Below are positions 26,323-32,000 of a stretch of 32,000 nt of DNA, in pieces. A program made the position numbers and the translations under genes. The notes under the pieces are model-generated. The model ran no database searches. It was given only the letters and a program-made list of their open reading frames with translations, and was not told the origin of the DNA. Numbering within the stretch: position 1 is the stretch's first letter; the number at the start of each line of letters is the position of its first letter. Origin of the DNA: Vibrio vulnificus CMCP6 (GTDB taxonomy: Bacteria; Pseudomonadota; Gammaproteobacteria; Enterobacterales; Vibrionaceae); assembly GCF_000039765.1 (NCBI RefSeq), contig NC_004459.3, forward strand, positions 2,781,127 to 2,813,126, written 5' to 3'.

Positions 26323-26958
26323 CTACTCAATCATTAATGTCGCTAATTGCGATCGGCTTTGTTTTCCTGTTTTACATAAAATATGTGATACATGACTTTT
26401 GACTGTGCTTAAACTGACATTCAACTGTTCTGATATTTCTTTATTGGAATACCCCTGAAGCAAATAAAGAAATACTTTTTGCTCTTTGCCTGACAGTTCA
26501 TATTTGCTGCCAACCACATCCACTGAACAACTGGATGTAGCTTGAGTACGAACAATATTACGCAGCGCATAAGACATGGCTTCTCGACTGAACCACAATT
26601 GACCCGACGCCACCATTCGAATGGCTCTATGTAAGTTTTCCAGCGTTTTTTCTGCCTCTAAAAAGCCAAACCAGCCAAGTGAAATCAGCCCTTTCACGCC
26701 ATCCAAGTCTTGCTGCGTCGCGTTGGCTAAGATCCACGCACCACCGCGTGTAGTGGGAGAAATTAAATATTGAGAAGGATTTCCTAAGGTGAGGCGGTCA
26801 TAAATCACCAGCGTATTGTCACTTAATTGCCAAAGCGACTCTAGTGACGACTGCACCAAAAACTCATAATGGATAAAGGTATGTGATAATCCAGCAACCA
26901 CTAACGTCGACCACTCCGGATCTTTTGAAATAACCCATACCTTATGTGATTCCTTCAT
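26323..26958 (-). CDS. VpsT/CsgD-family LuxR-type transcriptional regulator with a putative c-di-GMP-binding W[FLM][TS]R motif
   Basis: 211-aa ORF. The C-terminal LuxR HTH reads LSGKEQKVFLYLLQGYSNKEISEQLNVSLSTVKSHVSHILCKTGKQSRSQLA. The N-terminal half is receiver-like. The segment ASGQLWFSREAMSYAL aligns by eye with VpsT DEMWLTRKLAQEYIL. SD AGGAAGGA lies 6 nt upstream. Confidence 0.75.
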   Translation of the reverse strand: MKESHKVWVISKDPEWSTLVVAGLSHTFIHYEFLVQSSLESLWQLSDNTLVIYDRLTLGNPSQYLISPTTRGGAWILANATQQDLDGVKGLISLGWFGFLEAEKTLENLHRAIRMVASGQLWFSREAMSYALRNIVRTQATSSCSVDVVGSKYELSGKEQKVFLYLLQGYSNKEISEQLNVSLSTVKSHVSHILCKTGKQSRSQLATLMIE

Positions 26959-27191
26959 CGTAAATCCTTCCTGGAAATGAAAATAAAGTACTATCGAACT
27001 ATAAGCCGTCTTTATGCATACTACTTTATTAGCAGATTTTGTTTTTGATTATCCTCACAATCCTTTTTTATTTATATAGAACTCATTTGTCATATCGCTT
27101 TATTTAAATGAGATTTAATAAAATCAGTTGTAACCCATATTTTTCTCGTCTAAATAAAAACGCCCCCAAACAAGTCGCGTAAATAAAGAGC

Positions 27192-27233
27192 AGAGTTAAA
27201 AGATAAGAGTTAAGAGATAAGAGTTAGAAGATA
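27192..27233. repeat. 3 x 14-bp imperfect tandem repeat, also readable as 6 x 7-bp AGAGnTA-like units
   Basis: The units are agagttaaaagata, agagttaagagata and agagttagaagata, head to tail at 27192-27205, 27206-27219 and 27220-27233. They differ only by A/G changes at unit positions 8-9. Confidence 0.85.
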
Positions 27234-27258
27234 AAAATACGTGATAACAAAAGACGTG

Positions 27259-27284
27259 CGATGACATCATTTTTGATGTCATCG
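27259..27284 (-). terminator. Terminator-like hairpin after the GlyGly-CTERM protease gene
   Basis: Perfect 10-bp stem cgatgacatc / gatgtcatcg with a 6-nt loop, 54 nt downstream of the stop. In the minus sense it is followed by cacgtcttttgtt. Confidence 0.5.
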
Positions 27285-27337
27285 ACGAAAGAGGTCACTT
27301 TACTCATCAATCAGCAAAGCAAAAGAATAGGTGACGT

Positions 27338-28564
27338 TCATTCACATGCTTTTCGACGAGCTCGCCAAAAGAGCAACAAACCTAAAAGGCTAACCCAATT
27401 GACGCTGCCGCTACTTTCCGATCCTGCACAGCCTAGACCCACCTCTCCACCGCCAACACTGGCAGACGTATTGCTCGAACACTCGTTGCTTTGGCCTCCA
27501 CTCTCAGTGGTATTGTCATCTGGCGTTTCTTGGCTAGCCGTTGTCATAAACGTGGGTTTAGTGATTTGCTGAGCAGGGAGTGTTGCCGAATCTGTGTAAG
27601 CACTTATCCAATCGAGATAGGTCACCACATTGGTATACCAAGTGGGATAAGTGACCGAACTACAAACGGTATTGATCAAAGGCGATGCACTGATGATACC
27701 CACTTGGAACTGATTTCCCACACCATCCGACCACACTAGTGGCCCACCAGAATCCCCCAAACACGCACCGTGACCGTAGGTTTCATTGCCAATATGAATT
27801 AGCTGCTTTGGCAGCGTACACAGTTTGGTCACATCGGCTGAAGAGGCAATATAGAGCGGCAACGTGTTGGCTTGCTCCAACATATCGAAGCAATCCGCAA
27901 TGGGAACCATCGCGATATCGGCCTGTTTAAGTGGAATCACCTCAGGAATGGGCGGTGGCGTGTCAACACTTGGCGAGTTAGGAATATCACTCCCCCATCC
28001 TAATACCAGCGCGTTTTCGTTTCGTATGGCATCGTCCCAGCTTGCCACTTGCGTCAAAAAATCTTGATAACTGGTTGTATTAATTAAGGTGACTGGTGTG
28101 GCTGGTAAGTCCCGTTTCACTCTAATAAGCGCTAGGTCATTCTGATAAGCCGTACTGACTAGCTCCTCTCCTTGAGCCGTTTGCTTGGTGGTTCTTAAAG
28201 GCATGTAATCTGGATGGATCACCACATGGGAGACATCATAAATGTGTTCCACTTGTGACTGAAACAGGTCGAGAATGCCTGCTCTCACGGTGACTTCTTT
28301 TAACGCCACGATCTCGTAATTAGTAAATGACTCGGGGTTACTATCTGACGTTTCTTGAGTCGATTTGGACTGAATTAAGCTGTGAGCCGCGGTTAAGACC
28401 CAACGCGAGTTAATGATGGTGCCTCCGCATCTGGATTGCTCAGCAAACGAGCTGGCATCCACACTCACCACATAGTTTTCACTGGAATCGATACCCGCCA
28501 CAATCGCTTGCGCCATCATAGGCAAGCTCAGCGCTATGACACCAACTGACAGTTTTGTTTTCAT
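27338..28564 (-). CDS. Trypsin-fold (S1) serine protease with a C-terminal GlyGly-CTERM (rhombosortase-type) sorting signal
   Basis: Triad contexts are TAAHSL, NDLALIRV and GDSGGPLV. The C-terminus SSGSVNWVSLLGLLLFWRARRKACE is a Gly/Ser-rich segment, one TM helix and a basic cluster. The track ORF starts at 28609. ATG 28564 (MKTKLSVGVIALSLPMMAQA) has GGAAG 7 nt upstream and gives a normal signal peptide. Confidence 0.85.
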   Translation of the reverse strand: MKTKLSVGVIALSLPMMAQAIVAGIDSSENYVVSVDASSFAEQSRCGGTIINSRWVLTAAHSLIQSKSTQETSDSNPESFTNYEIVALKEVTVRAGILDLFQSQVEHIYDVSHVVIHPDYMPLRTTKQTAQGEELVSTAYQNDLALIRVKRDLPATPVTLINTTSYQDFLTQVASWDDAIRNENALVLGWGSDIPNSPSVDTPPPIPEVIPLKQADIAMVPIADCFDMLEQANTLPLYIASSADVTKLCTLPKQLIHIGNETYGHGACLGDSGGPLVWSDGVGNQFQVGIISASPLINTVCSSVTYPTWYTNVVTYLDWISAYTDSATLPAQQITKPTFMTTASQETPDDNTTESGGQSNECSSNTSASVGGGEVGLGCAGSESSGSVNWVSLLGLLLFWRARRKACE

Positions 28565-28755
28565 CGCATTGCTTCCATATGCATCTTTGTCCATAAAAGA
28601 ATAAGACAAGGTTGGAAAATTCGCCTGTTGAGATCACTGTTTTTCATAATATTAATGTCTGTTATGTAATCAGTTTGTTAACTTGAGGAAAGCAGAACGT
28701 CGACAACGACTCTGCAACGTCAGGGATAAAGGGATAGAAGGATCGCTCACAACAC

Positions 28756-29514
28756 ATGGACATCATTTTGCTTTTCTTTGCCGGGGTTTTTGGTGGCATG
28801 CTCAACTCTATCGCGGGAGGTGGCAGCTTCATCACCTTCCCAGCGCTTATGGCGGTGGGAATTCCCCCAGTGGTGGCCAATGCAACCAATACGTTCGCCA
28901 GTTGTGCTGGTTACATTAGCGGTGCATGGGGATATCGTCGTGAGCTCTATGCGCAAAAAAACATTCTGCTCAAAACCATCGTCTGTAGCCTTCTCGGCGG
29001 CATGCTCGGTGCCTTTCTACTGCTCAATACCAGTGAGTCAGACTTCTTAAAAGCCATCCCTTGGTTATTACTGTTTGCGACCATACTGTTTGTGTTTGGC
29101 GGCAGAATAAACCAAGCAATCGGTCATCGTGCCGACCGCCCTAAGCATCCAATCATTCTTTGGCTGCCCGCGCTCTTTTTGGTCCTTGTTTCCGCGTATG
29201 GTGGATTCTTTAACGCAGGGTTGGGCATTGTCACGTTGAGTTACCTTACGCTTTCTGGACACCGCGATATCATTACGATGAACGGTTTAAAACTGCTGAT
29301 TTCCACCAGTGTTTCGTTGATCGCCGTGATCATCTTTATCTTCGATGGTTCAATTGATTGGTGGAATGGCTTGATTGTCATGCTGGGCAGTTTACTCGGT
29401 GGCTATGTTTCTGCGGTTGTCGCGCGACGCCTCAATAAACTTTGGGTCCATCGTTTTGTTACCGTGACTTCTTTTGCCATCACGGGCTACTTCTTTGTAA
29501 AAATCTATGCATAG
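28756..29514 (+). CDS. TauE/SafE (DUF81) family anion-exporter-type membrane protein
   Basis: 252-aa polytopic protein whose N-terminal helix GVFGGMLNSIAGGGSFITFPALMAVG is typical of the family. Confidence 0.8.
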   Translation: MDIILLFFAGVFGGMLNSIAGGGSFITFPALMAVGIPPVVANATNTFASCAGYISGAWGYRRELYAQKNILLKTIVCSLLGGMLGAFLLLNTSESDFLKAIPWLLLFATILFVFGGRINQAIGHRADRPKHPIILWLPALFLVLVSAYGGFFNAGLGIVTLSYLTLSGHRDIITMNGLKLLISTSVSLIAVIIFIFDGSIDWWNGLIVMLGSLLGGYVSAVVARRLNKLWVHRFVTVTSFAITGYFFVKIYA

Positions 29515-29682
29515 CGACCATTAATCCTTACACAGCTCCAAGTTATCTCTGCAAACGAATGCAACTTATTTGCAACAATGGCACAGCTCACTTAATATTG
29601 AGCCAATTATTAAATTGAACAGCCACTCTACGATGCAGGAATGCTTCGTTTTCATTAATCACTTTTAAGGATGTAAAGTGTT

Positions 29683-31419
29683 ATGACTCCGCTTTCTTTT
29701 AAGAACAAGATAATTGCGCTGATTATTGCCATTATCTCGCTCACCATCATCACCTCTTACTTTAGCGCTAACTATTTTATTAGCCGTTACATCCAAGACA
29801 CTGACAGTAAAAACATCACGCATAATGTGGATCTGATTCAGCGCAAGCTGGAAAACGAACTGAACGGTAAATTGGCGCTGGCAAACAGTCTCAATTTCAG
29901 CATGATGGACATCAGTGAAACCAAGGAAAGCTCTGGTTTTGACAAGATCATTAAAATCGTCAATGGCTACGCATTTGATGACAGTGGAAACATGAGCGAG
30001 GAAGATGCTCAACAGTACATCAACCTGGCCGAGTCGCATGGTGATGCCACGGTAGTGAGCCCCGTGAGTATGCTCAATGGAGAACCTTCCATTACCTTTT
30101 CACTCAAACGTATTGATGATTCGGTTGATTTCTTTGTTCTCAATCTGGGTCAGTTTAGCCAAGTCATCGCCGATTATGCGGCAGAAGGCAGCTACGCTGA
30201 ATTACTCGCCAATGGCAGCGTTATTTTTAGCAATAAACAAGGCAGCAACTTAACCCCCATCGCCCGACCAGTGGAATTTGCAGGCCAACGCTGGGAACTT
30301 ATCGGCTACATCGATTTGGATAACATTCAGTCGAATACTGACCAACTCAACTGGATGATCACCCTCGCGCTCTTGGTGTGTGCCGCGGTCATCATCGTCT
30401 CCAGCGTCATTCTTTTGCAGGTTTCCTTTAAACCGCTTAGCCGCCTCAACTCGGTGGTGGCAGATCTTTCTCAAGGCAACGGCGACCTAACCCAACGTTT
30501 GGCCATTGAATCCAAAGACGAAATTGGCCAAATCTCTCACTCAATTAACCTGTTTATTGAAAAATTACAGCAGATGTTCATTGAAGTGGCCGATTCCTCT
30601 AAAGAAATCGACCACGCCGTCGTGAATTTGAGTGAACAGTCGCGATCAAATCTTCACACGCTCAATCAGCATACCCAAGAGACAGAACAGGCCATTACCG
30701 CGATTGAAGAGATGAGCGCCAGCGCTAATTCCATTTCGCAAAGCGCCGACAACGCCGCGCACCTGACAGAGACCACCACCCGTTATGCTGATGAGTCAAA
30801 ACAAACGGTGACGGGTGCAGTGGAGAGCGTGAACGGATTGGTGACTCAAGTGGTGGCAATGTCAGACACCATTACGCGCATGAGTGATGATACCAAGCAA
30901 ATTAGCACTGTCCTTCAGGTGATTGGTGATATCGCCGAGCAAACCAACCTACTCGCGCTCAACGCAGCGATCGAAGCGGCTCGCGCTGGTGAGCAAGGCC
31001 GAGGCTTTGCTGTTGTCGCAGATGAAGTTCGCGCATTAGCAGCGCGAACGCAGCAAAGTACCGCTCAAATTAACGAAATGCTGGCGAAGTTGAAAAACAC
31101 AACCGAAAACGTGGTTAACGAGATGGGCTCCACTCGCACTCGTTGTGAAGAAACCGCAGAGCGAACCAACCATGTGATGGATTCACTGAATGTGGTCACC
31201 GACTCAGTCGCAGAGATCAATAACCTCAATACATTGATGGCAACATCGGCCATGGAGCAACGACAAGTGACACAAGAAGTGAGCAAAAACATGGCAGCGA
31301 TTCAGGAAATCGTTCGCCTGCTCAACGAAAATGCGGCGCAATCGACCTCCATCAGCGATGAGTTACAAAACACCTCTCATGCGTTGACCGATGTAGTCGG
31401 CCGATTCCGCGTACAGTAG
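29683..31419 (+). CDS. Methyl-accepting chemotaxis protein
   Basis: 578-aa ORF with two TM helices flanking a periplasmic domain of about 190 aa and a HAMP domain. The highly conserved signalling hairpin reads [42 protein letters not shown]. Confidence 0.92.
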   Translation: MTPLSFKNKIIALIIAIISLTIITSYFSANYFISRYIQDTDSKNITHNVDLIQRKLENELNGKLALANSLNFSMMDISETKESSGFDKIIKIVNGYAFDDSGNMSEEDAQQYINLAESHGDATVVSPVSMLNGEPSITFSLKRIDDSVDFFVLNLGQFSQVIADYAAEGSYAELLANGSVIFSNKQGSNLTPIARPVEFAGQRWELIGYIDLDNIQSNTDQLNWMITLALLVCAAVIIVSSVILLQVSFKPLSRLNSVVADLSQGNGDLTQRLAIESKDEIGQISHSINLFIEKLQQMFIEVADSSKEIDHAVVNLSEQSRSNLHTLNQHTQETEQAITAIEEMSASANSISQSADNAAHLTETTTRYADESKQTVTGAVESVNGLVTQVVAMSDTITRMSDDTKQISTVLQVIGDIAEQTNLLALNAAIEAARAGEQGRGFAVVADEVRALAARTQQSTAQINEMLAKLKNTTENVVNEMGSTRTRCEETAERTNHVMDSLNVVTDSVAEINNLNTLMATSAMEQRQVTQEVSKNMAAIQEIVRLLNENAAQSTSISDELQNTSHALTDVVGRFRVQ

Positions 31420-31440
31420 CGTCCCCCTCTCTTTCTTAAA

Positions 31441-31480
31441 GCCCCCTCCACCCGCATTAATGGTGGAGGGGGCTTTTTCT
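31441..31480 (+). terminator. Rho-independent terminator of the MCP gene
   Basis: Perfect 12-bp stem gccccctccacc / ggtggagggggc (31441-31452 and 31462-31473), then TTTTTCT. Confidence 0.9.
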
Positions 31481-31501
31481 AATTTCCTGATTTCAAAGAA
31501 A

Positions 31502-31517
31502 CTGTGCAGAGGTGCAC
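31502..31517. promoter_or_regulatory. CRP-like palindrome TGTGC-N6-GCACA
   Basis: tgtgcagaggtgcaca matches TGTGA-N6-TCACA at 8 of 10 core positions. It lies about 170 bp upstream of the ATG at 31685. Confidence 0.35.
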
Positions 31518-31684
31518 ATCATTTTGCATCTCCGTTCTCATTAACCACATTTTCTATGATGAAATTCTAACTTCATGATATTTTTCGTTAATCACATGTA
31601 GCATTTTTGATACATTTTCAGCTGTTAGTTGCGAGGCAGGTTCCATTTTTATTTGGAACAGCCTGTAAAAGGAACAGAAGCCCC

Positions 31685-32000
31685 ATGTTAGATTATCTCG
31701 CGATGAACAGCATCGCCGCTCAAGATAAAGACATCGTCACCATACTCGATGAACTCTTCCAGCATTGTGTCGAGCGCTATCCCACATTCAGTCGTTTTTC
31801 GGTGGCGCTCCTCGGTGACAAAAAAGCCTCCAACTATTATGTGCAGGATCGCCTGCTCTCTAAGCAAACGTCCCAGCAGTTGGATTATGTCGATCATGAG
31901 TTGCGCATAGACTCTGCCCTTACTGGTCTTGCGTATAGCAACAGCATTCGTATCGTGGATAATTTGAGCACCATGGTGCAAACCGAGCGTGTCTCTCGTT
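31685..32000 (+). CDS. 5' end of an unidentified protein (possible small-molecule-sensor, GAF-like N-terminus); runs off the right edge
   Basis: Absent from the track because there is no stop in the window. ATG 31685 has AAGGAA 10 nt upstream. The frame is open for 105 codons: MLDYLAMNSIAAQDKDIVTILDELFQHCVERYPTFSRFSVALLGDKKASNYYVQDRLL... It follows a terminator and a promoter-like AT-rich region, so I prefer it to the antisense 97-aa track ORF. Confidence 0.55.
   Translation, partial: MLDYLAMNSIAAQDKDIVTILDELFQHCVERYPTFSRFSVALLGDKKASNYYVQDRLLSKQTSQQLDYVDHELRIDSALTGLAYSNSIRIVDNLSTMVQTERVSR

Noticed and set aside
27261-27572. 103-aa plus-strand ORF overlapping the 3' end of the GlyGly-CTERM protease gene
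   Set aside because: It is antisense to the region encoding the clearly recognisable sorting signal, and its 5' part covers the terminator hairpin.
28699-28706. GTCGACAA half-match to the prp operator in the protease/TauE divergent region
   Set aside because: It is only an 8-mer without the full 12-bp palindrome, and that is expected by chance.
29549-29574. Three TGCAA pentamers phased at 10-11 bp upstream of the MCP gene
   Set aside because: The motif is short and lies in an AT-rich promoter region, with no dyad symmetry, so the statistical support by eye is insufficient.
31688-31981. 97-aa minus-strand track ORF at the right edge
   Set aside because: The opposite-strand frame has an SD, a sensible promoter and terminator context, and stays open to the window edge. 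The minus ORF would end head-on against that promoter region.
1-32000. Searched for mobile-element or defence hallmarks: integrase or transposase genes, IS inverted repeats, tRNA attachment sites, CRISPR-like regularly spaced repeats, toxin-antitoxin pairs
   Set aside because: None was found by eye. The only repeat arrays are the 3 x 14-bp tandem repeat and short palindromes reported above.

Overview
The window looks like a Vibrionaceae chromosomal segment, judged by gene content and protein motifs; the species cannot be called by eye. It holds about 23 protein-coding genes. I saw no rRNA, tRNA, CRISPR array, transposase or integrase. From left to right it contains:
- a 3'-truncated exported NUDIX/PAP2-like fusion gene, open to the window edge and therefore missing from the ORF track
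- a secreted multidomain trypsin-family protease with two chitin-binding modules
- a GNAT acetyltransferase
- an AT-rich islet carrying one orphan secreted protein or lipoprotein gene
- a complete AcnD/PrpF-type methylcitrate operon on the minus strand (GntR regulator, prpB, prpC, acnD, prpF, prpE), preceded by two perfect 12-bp palindromes
- a 1042-aa Cache+SBP+HAMP+HD-GYP c-di-GMP phosphodiesterase
- tctCBA, with an unusually long structured tctC-tctB spacer
- a compact Csu/spore-coat-U-type (archaic) chaperone-usher pilus operon: subunit, chaperone, usher and a two-domain distal subunit
- a VpsT/CsgD-like LuxR regulator heading that operon and carrying the W[FLM][TS]R c-di-GMP-binding motif
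- a GlyGly-CTERM S1 protease that appears to lack a propeptide
- a TauE/SafE permease, a methyl-accepting chemotaxis protein, and the 5' end of another gene at the right edge.
The pilus operon with its regulator is the most interesting part and appears uncharacterised. All family calls rest on motifs read by eye and need HMM or structure confirmation.
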